Notes: generated from the letters alone by a model not told the origin. Positions 8,260-17,462 are shown, counted from the first letter of the stretch. The stretch is DNA of 29,807 nt from a virus (IMGVR_UViG_3300048848_000090:1-29807); one strand, 5' to 3'. Made by a program: numbers and translations.

Positions 8260-9159
8260 ATGGCCGCAACGTATAGCTCATCCACCGTCGACCTGTCGCG
8301 CCTCGCGGCACCGACGATAGTCGAGCAGGTCTCTTACGAGGATACGCTCGCCGAGATCCTGACGCTGGTGAAGGCCAAGGTGCCCGCGTTTGACGCGACC
8401 GTCGACAGCGATCCGGCGGTGAAGATTCTTCAGATCGCGGCTTATCTCGTCATGTTGAGCCGCCAGCAGTTCAACGACGCCGCGCAGCAGCTTATGGTCG
8501 CCTACGCGACCGGCGCTCGCCTCGATCACCTCGGCGCGCTGTTCGGCGTTGCGCGCCTAGTCATCGTTCCCGCCGATGCGCAGACCGATGCCGCAGCGAT
8601 CTACGAAGACGACGCCGCTTATCGGCAGCGCATCGTCCTGGCACCCGAGGGCTTCTCCGTCGCCGGTCCGGAACTCGCCTATGTGAAGCACGCGAAGGAC
8701 GCGAGCGGCGACGTGCTGGATGCCAGCGCCACGTCGCCCGCCCCCGGCGAAGTGCTGGTGTCCGTGCTGTCGCGCGTGGGTAACGGCTCCGCCTCGGTCG
8801 AGCTGCTCGCCGCGGTGCGCGCGATCGTCACCGCCGACACCATTCGCCCGATCGGTGATTTTGTTACCGTTGCGTCGGCCCAGCTGGTCGACTTCGCGAT
8901 CGTCGCAGGGCTGACCACCTTCACCGGCCCCGACATCAACGTCGTGATCGCCGCGGCGCAGACCGCGCTCGCCGCCTATCTCGCTGAAAACCGCAGGCTC
9001 GGCCGCAACATCAATCGCGCCGGCATCATCGCCGCGCTGAAGGTGCCCGGCGTCGAGAACGTCACGCTCACCAACCCGCCGGCCGACGTGGTCTGCACGC
9101 TCGCCCAGGCGGCGAACGCCACCGCGATCACCGTCACGCATGCGGGCTATGCCGGATGA
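8260..9159 (+). CDS. gpJ: Baseplate assembly protein, P2 gpJ-like (alternative start 8248)
   Basis: VDLSRLAAPTIVE, SDPAVKIL, LDHLGA, APEGFSVAGP and SPAPGEV motifs. Confidence 0.95.
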   Translation: MAATYSSSTVDLSRLAAPTIVEQVSYEDTLAEILTLVKAKVPAFDATVDSDPAVKILQIAAYLVMLSRQQFNDAAQQLMVAYATGARLDHLGALFGVARLVIVPADAQTDAAAIYEDDAAYRQRIVLAPEGFSVAGPELAYVKHAKDASGDVLDASATSPAPGEVLVSVLSRVGNGSASVELLAAVRAIVTADTIRPIGDFVTVASAQLVDFAIVAGLTTFTGPDINVVIAAAQTALAAYLAENRRLGRNINRAGIIAALKVPGVENVTLTNPPADVVCTLAQAANATAITVTHAGYAG

Positions 9160-9806
9160 CGTCGCTGCTGCCGCCCAATGCCACCCGGCTGGAGCGCGGG
9201 CTGGAGGCTGGCCTCGCCCCGCTGGCGGCGATCGACACGCCGATCGAGCAGCTGTGGGACCCTGCGACCTGCGCGATCGATCTGCTGCCCTGGCTGGCCT
9301 ATTCGCTGTCGGTCGACAGCTGGGATCCCGAATGGTCGGAAGCGACCAAGCGCGACGCGGTCGCCCGTTCGATCGAACTGCACCGCGTCAAAGGCACGCG
9401 CGCATCGGTCGAGGCGGTGCTTGCCCGCTTCGACGAACTGGCGAGCGTGGTCGAATGGCATGAGGCCAGCCCGCGTCAGGCCCCGCACACGTTCGAGGTC
9501 CACCTTCCCATCGTTGCCGCACCCGGTGTCGTGCCATCCGGCGCGCGCGTCACCGCCGCCTTCGCCGAGCGCATCGTCAACGAGGTCGCGCGCGCCAAGC
9601 CGCTGCGCGAGCATTTCGGTCTGGTACAAAGCCTCGCGCTGACCGCCGGTGTCGCGGTTCAGGGAACCGCACGGCTCGCCAGCTACCGCCGCCAGGGCCT
9701 CGACGCGCAGCTCACCTTCGGCCCCGAATGGGACGATTATCTCCAAACCGAAGACGGCGAGCCTTTGCAGGCGGAAACCGCCGCCATTCTGGACACCGCC
9801 CGATGA
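9156..9806 (+). CDS. gpI: Tail/baseplate protein, P2 gpI-like, with an acidic C-terminal extension
   Basis: SLLPPNATRLE, LWDPATC, LLPWLAYSLSVDSWD, HRVKGT and VEWHE motifs. Confidence 0.95.
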   Translation: MTSLLPPNATRLERGLEAGLAPLAAIDTPIEQLWDPATCAIDLLPWLAYSLSVDSWDPEWSEATKRDAVARSIELHRVKGTRASVEAVLARFDELASVVEWHEASPRQAPHTFEVHLPIVAAPGVVPSGARVTAAFAERIVNEVARAKPLREHFGLVQSLALTAGVAVQGTARLASYRRQGLDAQLTFGPEWDDYLQTEDGEPLQAETAAILDTAR

Positions 9807-10942
9807 CAGCAGCCCTATCGCTCACCATCACGCAAGGTGGCCTCGCCCGCTTCACCGAGGCGCAGCTTGCTGGCGACCTGAAACTCTCGATCGCGAGCGT
9901 CGGCCTGACCGACGCCGACATCCTCGTCGCGCCGACGCTCACCAGCCTGCCCGGCGAATTCCGCCGGCTCGATTCAATCTCGGGCGAGGCGGTAGGCGAC
10001 AACATCATCCACATGGTGATGCGCGACGATGAGCCGGTCGGATACACCGCGAAGGGTTTCGGCCTGTATTTCGAGGATGGCACGCTGTTCGGCGTCTATG
10101 GCCAGCCGGCGCTGCTGTTCGAAAAGTCGCCGCTGACCACCTTCATGTCGGCGATCGACATCGCGTTCCCGGCCGGCGACATCACCTCGCTGGTGTTCGG
10201 CGACGCCAATTTCCTCAACCCGCCCGCCACCACAGAAAAGCTGGGCGTGGTCGAGCTGGCCACCGATGCGGAAACGCAAGCCGGCACCGATCCGCGCCGG
10301 GTGCCGAGCGTCCTCGCGTTGTCGCGCGCCGTCACGATCTGGATCAAGAACGCGCTCGACGGACGGCTTGGTATCGGCGCGCCGACCGATTGGGCCAAGG
10401 GTCTGCTCGGCGCGGCCACGCCCGGCGCAGGCCGCGGCTTGCTCGGCCTCGGAGGTGCCGCGCAGAAGGCATCCGATTTCTACGCCGAATCGGCGCGGAC
10501 GGTGAAAGGCACCGGCCTCGTCACCGGCGGTGGCGCGCTCTCCAGCGACCAGGAGCTTGCCGTCCGGATCGCCTCGGCCGACGACGTGAAGGCCGGCACC
10601 GCTAATGATCGCGCGATCACGCCAGCCGCGCTCGCTGCGGCCCGACTGGCAGACTTCGGCCCGATCGGCCGGCGCATCGGCGAGGATGGCTTCATCGACA
10701 TGTGGGGCGGCGCGATCAAGCCCGATACCGAAGGGCAGTTCACCCTCAACTTCCCATGGCCGTTCCCGACCGCGTGCTTGGGCGTGGTGGCAACCGTCCT
10801 CAACACGACGCTCACCTCGAACGGACAGACGACCATTCAGGAGGTCTCGCTCGCGCCGGATCACGCGGTGCTGTTCGCGCAGAACCATCAGGCGGCGCTC
10901 AACGAAGTCGGCGGCTTCCGCTTCCGCGCATGGGGCTATTGA
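9803..10942 (+). CDS. gpH: Short tail fiber protein, P2 gpH position
   Basis: ATGA overlap with gpI; ATTEKLGVVELATDAE fiber repeat; C-terminal MWG...FPWPFPTAC domain typical of tail fibers. Confidence 0.85.
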   Translation: MTAALSLTITQGGLARFTEAQLAGDLKLSIASVGLTDADILVAPTLTSLPGEFRRLDSISGEAVGDNIIHMVMRDDEPVGYTAKGFGLYFEDGTLFGVYGQPALLFEKSPLTTFMSAIDIAFPAGDITSLVFGDANFLNPPATTEKLGVVELATDAETQAGTDPRRVPSVLALSRAVTIWIKNALDGRLGIGAPTDWAKGLLGAATPGAGRGLLGLGGAAQKASDFYAESARTVKGTGLVTGGGALSSDQELAVRIASADDVKAGTANDRAITPAALAAARLADFGPIGRRIGEDGFIDMWGGAIKPDTEGQFTLNFPWPFPTACLGVVATVLNTTLTSNGQTTIQEVSLAPDHAVLFAQNHQAALNEVGGFRFRAWGY

Positions 10943-10945
10943 TCG

Positions 10946-13198
10946 ATGGCGAAGATCTCCGGCCTTCCGCTCGCGCAGGCTGCCGATGGCACCGAGATGC
11001 TGCCCTTCGTGCAGGGCGGCGTCACCAAGCGGCTGACGCTGTCCGGCTTTATCGGCGCAGTCACCCCGTTCCTCCAGCAATGGTATAAGGGCGACCAGGG
11101 CAATCCCGGCGGCAACGTCATGGCGATCGGCCTCTTCGCCGTCGCCCACACGCTGCTGATCCCAGCCGGTGCGGACCTCGTTCAGACCAGCGGCAACAGC
11201 GTCACCGGCATCGGCCAGGCGCTGTATGCGGTGGATGCGGCCAGTACCGCGGCCGACGTTCCCGCTGGCGACCGGACGGCGTTCGTCTCGAAGAACGGCC
11301 GGGTGTTCCGCCTTGCCGAGCAGGTCGTCAACCCGACGATGACCGGTGCCCTCGGCGTCGACGATGACACCGACGCGGTACAGGCCGCGCTCGATCTCGG
11401 CCGCGACGTCGTCACCACGCTCATCCACCCGGTGTCGGGCCTGACGCTCGCCTCGCAGGATATCACCTGGAGCGGGCCGGGCGGACTCCGCGGCATCCGC
11501 GGCGGCAACAGCCGGATGATCACCGTCACCGGCAGCGGTACGATCCTGTCGATCGCCAAGATGATCGGCTTCAACGTCGACTTCACCGGCTCGATCGTCG
11601 GCAACACGCTGACCGTTACCGCGACCGACGGCATCATCCATCAGGGCCACCTCGATGGGAACGGCGACTGGATTCCCGGTACTCCGATCGACGGCGACGG
11701 TGTGACGCCGGGCACCGGCGTGATCGAGCAGCTGACCGGCGTTGAGGGCGGACCCGGCACCTACCGGCTCAACAAGGCGCAGGGCGCGATCGGTGCCCGG
11801 CCGATGCGCGCCATCGATCGCGACGGCTTCTTCCACGAGAACGATGCAGTCTATGTCCCCGGCGCGTTCAACAACGTGCTGGTCGGGCTGATCGACGGCT
11901 CGGCCGGCGGTGGCGTCTCGTTCCTCGGCCCCAAGAACCACCTTGGCGGGTCCGAGATCCGCAACGTCTACACCAACTCGTTCCAGGTCGGCACGCTCAA
12001 CGGCAACGGGTGCAGCGCGACGAGCTGCCGCCTGATCGGCACGGTCCAGCAGAACAACATCTTCGCCACCGCATCGTTCGGCAGCATCGATACCGGCGAT
12101 TGGGTAAAGGGTCTCACCCTCACCGACATGGTCTGCGAGCATGCCGGCGATACCGCCTGCGAGATCGGCTACCAGGTGGAAGACGCGCGGATCTTCGGCG
12201 GCACGTTCCGGGACAGCTACAACCCGCCGCTGTTGGCGCGCGATTGCCGTAACCTCGTCGTGATCGGCACCACCCTCTACGCCAAGCCGATCGACCAGCA
12301 GCGCCCCGACTACAGCCTGATCGCGATTGTCCCTCATCACTCGGGTGCCAACTTCAACTATGCTGCGCGCATCCAGGTGAAGGCGCTCGGCCGGACCCGA
12401 TCGGCCAGTGCCTACATCGGCGGCCGCGGCATCGATCTGTCCGGCTCCGAGCTGCTCGCCTATGGCGATGGCATCAGCGCACCGACCAGCCCGGCCGAGC
12501 TGATGGGTGCCGGCGTGCTGCTCGCCGGCGACGTCGACGACTTCACGATGATCGGCGGCACGATCGACGGCTTCGCGACCAGCATCGACTGGAACTTCGA
12601 CGCGCAGCCGCACATCCGCCGCAACGTCCACATCCGCAACATCAAGTCGACGCGCACCGGTCAGCACAACAACCTCTACAACATCACGCCGGTGAATTGC
12701 AGCTTCATCAACAACTACGGCGACCTGCCGGCGGTACGCGACGCCAAGACCGCAGCCGCGATCCTCGCGCCCACCGCCGATGTCCCCAACGTCGCGCTTC
12801 AGTGGTTCGGCAACACGTTCACGCCCGGCCCGCTGTCGGCCGCAGCACCCGAGCGGTTCGATCCGCCCACCGCGGTGGCCGATGGCCTGCTGCACACCAC
12901 GGACAGCGCGTTCCGCAAGGTGCAGAGCGCGCAATACGCCAGCACGCCGATCGTCGGCCCGCCGCTGCCCGGCACCTATGTCGTCCAGATCGTCGGCACC
13001 GATCGTCAGATCATCTTCGATGTGCTCGGCAACCGCACCTTCAAGCGCGCGGGCAGCGACGACATGAACGACGACACCGGGTTCGGCCTGCGCTTCGCCA
13101 TCGAGGCCGGCGCACTCGTCGCCAAGCAATACCTCCCCAACGCGCCGGCCGGCCAGGTGATGAAGGTCACCGGCCCCGGCATTTCCCCGCTCGCTTGA
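10946..13198 (+). CDS. Tailspike / putative polysaccharide depolymerase (right-handed beta-helix)
   Basis: N-terminal KISGLP...VQGG anchor; GALGVDDDTDAVQAALD beta-helix entry motif; G/N/I/V-rich beta-strand repeats; located after the tail fiber. Confidence 0.78.
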   Translation: MAKISGLPLAQAADGTEMLPFVQGGVTKRLTLSGFIGAVTPFLQQWYKGDQGNPGGNVMAIGLFAVAHTLLIPAGADLVQTSGNSVTGIGQALYAVDAASTAADVPAGDRTAFVSKNGRVFRLAEQVVNPTMTGALGVDDDTDAVQAALDLGRDVVTTLIHPVSGLTLASQDITWSGPGGLRGIRGGNSRMITVTGSGTILSIAKMIGFNVDFTGSIVGNTLTVTATDGIIHQGHLDGNGDWIPGTPIDGDGVTPGTGVIEQLTGVEGGPGTYRLNKAQGAIGARPMRAIDRDGFFHENDAVYVPGAFNNVLVGLIDGSAGGGVSFLGPKNHLGGSEIRNVYTNSFQVGTLNGNGCSATSCRLIGTVQQNNIFATASFGSIDTGDWVKGLTLTDMVCEHAGDTACEIGYQVEDARIFGGTFRDSYNPPLLARDCRNLVVIGTTLYAKPIDQQRPDYSLIAIVPHHSGANFNYAARIQVKALGRTRSASAYIGGRGIDLSGSELLAYGDGISAPTSPAELMGAGVLLAGDVDDFTMIGGTIDGFATSIDWNFDAQPHIRRNVHIRNIKSTRTGQHNNLYNITPVNCSFINNYGDLPAVRDAKTAAAILAPTADVPNVALQWFGNTFTPGPLSAAAPERFDPPTAVADGLLHTTDSAFRKVQSAQYASTPIVGPPLPGTYVVQIVGTDRQIIFDVLGNRTFKRAGSDDMNDDTGFGLRFAIEAGALVAKQYLPNAPAGQVMKVTGPGISPLA

Positions 13199-13209
13199 GG
13201 AACCCGACC

Positions 13210-13611
13210 GTGAACGAACCGACGCCGCTCGACATCGCCAAGGCCGATTACGCCGACATCCAGCGTCGCGCGATCCATGACGGCGCGCCGATCGCACAGA
13301 TCCTGCTCGACTGGATCGGCCAGCCGGTCGCCCTGCGCGCGGTGGGCGAACTGGGCGGAGAGGCCACGACGCAGACGCTGGTCCTGCCTCGCATGGAGGG
13401 CGACGCCGTCGCCGTTGCAGACATCGCGATCGAGGAGGGCAAGCTGGTGTTCGGCCGCGACTTTACCATCCCCGCCGACGCGCCGACGCTCACCGTCCGG
13501 TCATTCCTGCTGGTCGGCGGCAAACGAGCGCTGCGCATGCGATTGCCGGCACCGGTGACGGTGGGCGATGGCGAGGCGGATGTGTGGGCCGCAGGTAGCT
13601 TGATCTTCTAG
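13210..13611 (+). CDS. Hypothetical protein (possible tailspike chaperone)
   Basis: GAGGA RBS then GTG at 13210; 133 aa; phage-like codon usage. The ORF-track start at 12697 overlaps the tailspike and is unlikely. Confidence 0.65.
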   Translation: MNEPTPLDIAKADYADIQRRAIHDGAPIAQILLDWIGQPVALRAVGELGGEATTQTLVLPRMEGDAVAVADIAIEEGKLVFGRDFTIPADAPTLTVRSFLLVGGKRALRMRLPAPVTVGDGEADVWAAGSLIF

Positions 13612-13638
13612 GGCTCGCAGCCCCTGTCATCGCCGAGC

Positions 13639-14127
13639 TTGCCGATATATGATGCCGCCATGACGGGGATCGCGGCATTGTACTGGGGCGTGGGCAGCGC
13701 ATTGGTCTTCTTGGCCATTCGATGGATATATCCATCGGTTTCTCATGTGATCGCGATTTCGGTACTCGTCGGCGGCATCATCCTCGCTACGGCTGCTGCC
13801 ACCATGCTGCTACCTTACCCGACCGCTTGGTGGTTTCCGCCCGTGTCGGCGTTAGCTGCGGCAGCGGTCGCGTTGGGTATTGGCTATTTGATTTCGAGCA
13901 GGCGCGGAGGTGACGAAATGACGAAGGAATCGGACGAGGCCAACCGGCGGTTAGAAGAGATGCGTAGGCTCCCAGGCTGGGGCTCTGGGGTTTTCATCGG
14001 GCCAGGCGCGAAGGACAACCAAGTCATCGGCAACACGTCCCGTAATCATAAGCATGGCGTCGCTTCATACGGTGACGGGACGATCATCAAGGGCAATCAC
14101 TCCGAAGGTCCGAAGCCCAAGGATTGA
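13639..14127 (+). CDS. Membrane protein (three TM segments) with a C-terminal short beta-helix-like repeat; moron-like
   Basis: Three hydrophobic stretches, then GVFIGPGAKDNQVIGNTSRNHKHGVASYGDGTIIKGN; lower GC; start uncertain (13639, 13660 or internal 13918). Confidence 0.65.
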   Translation: MPIYDAAMTGIAALYWGVGSALVFLAIRWIYPSVSHVIAISVLVGGIILATAAATMLLPYPTAWWFPPVSALAAAAVALGIGYLISSRRGGDEMTKESDEANRRLEEMRRLPGWGSGVFIGPGAKDNQVIGNTSRNHKHGVASYGDGTIIKGNHSEGPKPKD

Positions 14128-14133
14128 CCCTCT

Positions 14134-14162
14134 GCTCTTGTAGAAAACGTTTCTACAAGAGC
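14134..14162. promoter_or_regulatory. 29-bp palindrome, probable late-activator site, copy 3, upstream of gpV
   Basis: GCTCTTGTAGAAA-ACG-TTTCTACAAGAGC (arms extend to 14132-14164); centre is 58 nt from the gpV ATG. Confidence 0.8.
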
Positions 14163-14205
14163 AGCCCCTCGCGTCCATAGCCGCCCCGCGCATGGTCGGG
14201 CGGCT

Positions 14206-14760
14206 ATGGCCGATCCCACCGACATCCAGCGCCTCCTGGGCGATCTCGCCCGCGAAGGCATCGTCGTGTCGGTCGACCAGGATAAAGGTACGGCGCGCGT
14301 CGAATTCGCCGAGGAACTGACCACGGGCGATATTCCATGGCTGGCACCGCGCGCCGGAAAGACCCGCGTCTGGTCGCCGCCCTCCGTCGGTGAACAGGTG
14401 CTGGTCCTCGCGCCCGAGGCGGACGCCACCCGCGGTATTATCATCGGCAGCCTGTCGAGCAGCGCTCATCCCCACCCGGCGAATGACGGCTCGACGCTCG
14501 CCAACTTCGAAGACGGCGCGAGGATTGGCTATGATCCCGCCAGTCACAGCTTCACGATTCATCTGCCCGCCGGCGCGAAGATCGCGGTTGTCGCCGATGG
14601 CGGCGCGACGTGGAAGGGTGACCTGTCCGTCGAGGGCGATCTGAAGGTCTCCAAGACGCTCACCGCCGACCAGGATGTCGTTGGCGGTGGCAAGAGCCTC
14701 AAGAGTCACAAGCACACCGGTGTCCAGGCGGGTGGTGCCCTGTCGGGTCCGCCGCAATGA
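14206..14760 (+). CDS. gpV: Baseplate spike protein, P2 gpV-like
   Basis: PWLAPRAG, WSPPSVGEQV, FEDGARIGYD and SLKSHKHTGVQAG (HxH tip) motifs. Confidence 0.96.
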   Translation: MADPTDIQRLLGDLAREGIVVSVDQDKGTARVEFAEELTTGDIPWLAPRAGKTRVWSPPSVGEQVLVLAPEADATRGIIIGSLSSSAHPHPANDGSTLANFEDGARIGYDPASHSFTIHLPAGAKIAVVADGGATWKGDLSVEGDLKVSKTLTADQDVVGGGKSLKSHKHTGVQAGGALSGPPQ

Positions 14761-15119
14761 TCGGCATGAACCGCCACACCGGCGCGCTTATCGGCGGCAG
14801 CGACCATCTCGAACAATCGATCGACGATATCTTGTCGACGCCGATCGGCACGCGCGTCGGCCGGCGGGACTATGGCTCGCTTGTTCCACGCCAGCTCGAC
14901 CAGCCCAACAATGCTACCGGCCGGATCCGCATCTTCGCCGCGGCGGCGCTGGCGTTGCTGCGCCAAGAGGGTCGCGCGCGGATCTCGCGGGTCGCGCTTT
15001 CCCCCGGTGCCGAGCCGCACCAGGTCGTGCTGACCGTCACGGGCCGCCGCACCGACGTCGCCGGCAACCCCGCCTTCTCCGCAGCTTCCACCATCCGCGC
15101 CCTCTCGGCGCTCGCCTGA
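14757..15119 (+). CDS. gpW: Baseplate wedge protein, gpW/gp25 family
   Basis: GMNRHTG, HLEQSIDDILSTPIGTRVGRRDYGS. Confidence 0.95.
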   Translation: MIGMNRHTGALIGGSDHLEQSIDDILSTPIGTRVGRRDYGSLVPRQLDQPNNATGRIRIFAAAALALLRQEGRARISRVALSPGAEPHQVVLTVTGRRTDVAGNPAFSAASTIRALSALA

Positions 15120-15130
15120 AAGGACCATAC

Positions 15131-16303
15131 ATGAGTTTCCTGCACGGGATCAACGTCGCCGAGGTCAAGACCACGCCGCGCTCGATCGCAACGATCGCCA
15201 CCGCCGTCATCGGCCTGGTCGCAACCGCGCCCGACGCCGCAGCCGGCGCGTTCCCGCTCGATACGGCGGTCAAGGTGACCAACCTCGACGACGCAATCGA
15301 CAAGGCGGGGGCAGGGGGCACGCTGCGCGCCGCACTGCGCGCCATCGCCGGCCAGGTCGCCGCGCCGATCGTCGTCGTCCGTGTCGCGCCGGGCGCGGAC
15401 GCTGGCGCTACCGCCACGGCGGTGATCGGCACCGACGAAGCGGGTGTGAAGACCGGTATGCAGGCGCTGCTCACCGCGCCCGCGCAGCTGGATCTGCATC
15501 CGCGCATCATCGGCGCACCTGGTCTGGAGGGCGAGCTGGTCACCGCGGCGCTGGTGACGATCGGCAAGCGCCTGCGCGCCCGCGTCTATGCCCAGGCGAT
15601 CGGCGACGATCGCGGCGAGGCCATCGCCCACCGCGCCCTGTTTCCTGATGCACGTGAGCTGACGCTCCTGTGGCCGGGCGTTACTGCACCGTATGGTGCC
15701 AACGGTGCCAGCATTGCCGTGCCGGTTGCCGCGGTCGCAATGGGCGCGCGCGCCGCGATCGACCAGACGCAGGGTTGGCACAAGACGCTGTCGAACGTCG
15801 ATCTCACGGATCTCGATGGACTGACCAGCGATGTCACGTTCGACATTCAGGATCCGGACTGCGACGCCAATGTGCTGAATGCGTCCGAGCTGGTGACGGT
15901 GGTCCGCCTGGGCGGCGCGCTCCGCTTTTGGGGCAACCGCACCTGCGCAGCGAAGGATAGCGACTTCGCCTTCGAAAGCGCCTGCCGCACCGCGCATATC
16001 CTGGCCGATACCGTGGCGCTCGGCCTGGTGTGGGCCATCGACAAGCCGCTGCGCCCCAGCCTCGCGCGCGACATCGTCGAGCAGATCAACGAGAAATTCC
16101 GCGTCGAGACGCGCGCCGGTCGCATCCTCGGTGCCGTCGCCACCTTCGATCCGGACAAGAACCCGGTCGACAGCCTGAAGGCCGGCAAGCTGGTGATCGG
16201 CTACCGCTACACCTTCGTGCCGCCCATGGAGGCGCTGTTCCTCGAACAGCAGATCAGCGACGAGTTCTTCGCCGACTTCGCCGCCCTCGTTGCGGCGGCC
16301 TGA
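15131..16303 (+). CDS. gpFI: Tail sheath protein, P2 FI-like
   Basis: AAGGA RBS then MSFLHGINV; KTGMQALL, PRIIGAPG, GWHKTLSNV and FWGNRTC motifs. Confidence 0.96.
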   Translation: MSFLHGINVAEVKTTPRSIATIATAVIGLVATAPDAAAGAFPLDTAVKVTNLDDAIDKAGAGGTLRAALRAIAGQVAAPIVVVRVAPGADAGATATAVIGTDEAGVKTGMQALLTAPAQLDLHPRIIGAPGLEGELVTAALVTIGKRLRARVYAQAIGDDRGEAIAHRALFPDARELTLLWPGVTAPYGANGASIAVPVAAVAMGARAAIDQTQGWHKTLSNVDLTDLDGLTSDVTFDIQDPDCDANVLNASELVTVVRLGGALRFWGNRTCAAKDSDFAFESACRTAHILADTVALGLVWAIDKPLRPSLARDIVEQINEKFRVETRAGRILGAVATFDPDKNPVDSLKAGKLVIGYRYTFVPPMEALFLEQQISDEFFADFAALVAAA

Positions 16304-16306
16304 CCC

Positions 16307-16495
16307 ATGGAGATCCCCAACGGCTTCCTGATCGGCCTGCTGATCTTCGGCATCCTCGTCGCCGCCCTCCTGTGGGGCTTCAGCGTGGTGCCGTGGTGGG
16401 CGGCGCTGCTCTGCCTGGTCGTCGCGCCGATTGCCGCCTGCGTCGTCCTCATCCTCCTGTTTTACGCGCTCTGGATTGCCTCCGGCTCGCACTGA
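16307..16495 (+). CDS. Small very hydrophobic two-TM protein between sheath and tube genes
   Basis: 62 aa, almost wholly hydrophobic, strongly GC3-biased codons, starts 4 nt after the FI stop. Confidence 0.7.
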   Translation: MEIPNGFLIGLLIFGILVAALLWGFSVVPWWAALLCLVVAPIAACVVLILLFYALWIASGSH

Positions 16496-16519
16496 CCCCG
16501 AACGACAAGGAACGACGTC

Positions 16520-17029
16520 ATGTCGATCGCACCCAAGCTCAAGCAACTGATGATGTTCAACGATGGCGAGGCCATGATTGGCGAAACCGTCTCGATCACG
16601 CCCCCTAAGCTCGTCCGCAAGCTGGAGGACTACCGTGCCGGCGGCATGAGCCGCCCGGTCAAGGTCGACATGGGCGGCGAGCCGCTGGAGATGGAGGCGA
16701 CCTACGGCGGCCCGATGCGGCGTGTTCTCCAGCAATACGGCATGCTCAACCTGTCGGGCGTCCAGCAGCGCTTCGTCGGTTCATACGTTGATGACGATAG
16801 CGGCGCACCGACGGTCATCGAGATCGTCACGCGCGGCCGGCACGAAGAGATCGACCTCGGCGAAATGAAGCCCGGCGAGGACACCGAGTTCAAGGTCAAG
16901 AGCCAGCTCAGCTACTTCAAGCTGTCGTGGAACGGCGTCGTGCAGATCGAGATCGACGTGCTGGGCATGATCGAGATCGTGGGCGGCGTCGACCTGATGG
17001 CATCGCACCGCGCCGCAATGGGCCTCTGA
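16520..17029 (+). CDS. gpFII: Tail tube protein, P2 FII-like
   Basis: PKLVRKLEDYRAGGM, RGRHEEIDLG, IEIDVLGM and GVDLM motifs. Confidence 0.96.
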   Translation: MSIAPKLKQLMMFNDGEAMIGETVSITPPKLVRKLEDYRAGGMSRPVKVDMGGEPLEMEATYGGPMRRVLQQYGMLNLSGVQQRFVGSYVDDDSGAPTVIEIVTRGRHEEIDLGEMKPGEDTEFKVKSQLSYFKLSWNGVVQIEIDVLGMIEIVGGVDLMASHRAAMGL

Positions 17030-17109
17030 CATGCGCGGCGCGCTCCGCCGTCCGCGCCGCACGCCCGTTTGCCGGCACTGCCCCTCCATGCCCCACTAGG
17101 ATCCGCATC

Positions 17110-17454
17110 ATGAACGTCCAGAACGACGACAACACTGCCACCTCCACTGCCGCGCCGGGCGATTTCACACTGGAATACGATATCACCGTGGCTGGAAAGG
17201 TCGAGGTTGCCGCCGGCACAACGATCCACGTCGCCAAGCCGATGGGCGGCGCGCTCCGTGGTGCCAACCTCGGCGGCCTGGTCCGTATGGATTACGACCA
17301 GGTCGCGCGGGTCGCGCCCCGCGTGACCCGGCCGATCCTCCACCCGCATTTGGTCGATGCCATGGACCCGGCCGACGTGACGCAGCTCGCCGGGATCCTT
17401 GTCGATTTTTTGCTGCCGACTGCGACGAAAACAGCGCTCTCCCAGAGCGTGTAG
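17110..17454 (+). CDS. gpE: Tail assembly chaperone, P2 gpE-like
   Basis: AGGA RBS; KPMGGALRG, PRVTRP, MDPADV...DFL; ends near a slippery site. Confidence 0.88.
   Translation: MNVQNDDNTATSTAAPGDFTLEYDITVAGKVEVAAGTTIHVAKPMGGALRGANLGGLVRMDYDQVARVAPRVTRPILHPHLVDAMDPADVTQLAGILVDFLLPTATKTALSQSV
17406..17412 (+). other. -1 programmed ribosomal frameshift slippery site TTTTTTG (E to E+E')
   Basis: GAT TTT TTG in the gpE frame; the -1 frame stays open into the gpE' domain; same heptamer and position as in P2. Confidence 0.88.
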
Positions 17455-17462
17455 AAGAGCCG

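Noticed and set aside
9974-13297. 1107-aa minus-strand ORF (also 814-3018, 14870-16735, 5699-6802 and similar)
   Set aside because: These are antisense shadows of well-supported plus-strand genes. High GC3 bias removes stop codons, and they show no recognisable motifs
9803-13611. Diversity-generating retroelement or invertible tail-fiber cassette
   Set aside because: No reverse transcriptase, invertase or duplicated template/variable repeat was seen in the window
8260-15119. Gene order J-I-H before V-W, unlike P2 (V-W-J-I-H-G)
   Set aside because: Real, but recalled from other non-enterobacterial P2-like phages, and each block has its own late site. Not treated as novel
17035-17060. GCGGCGCG/CGCGCCGC hairpin after the tail tube gene as a terminator
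   Set aside because: No U-tract follows, and such stems arise easily at this GC content. It may only stabilise or attenuate the mRNA
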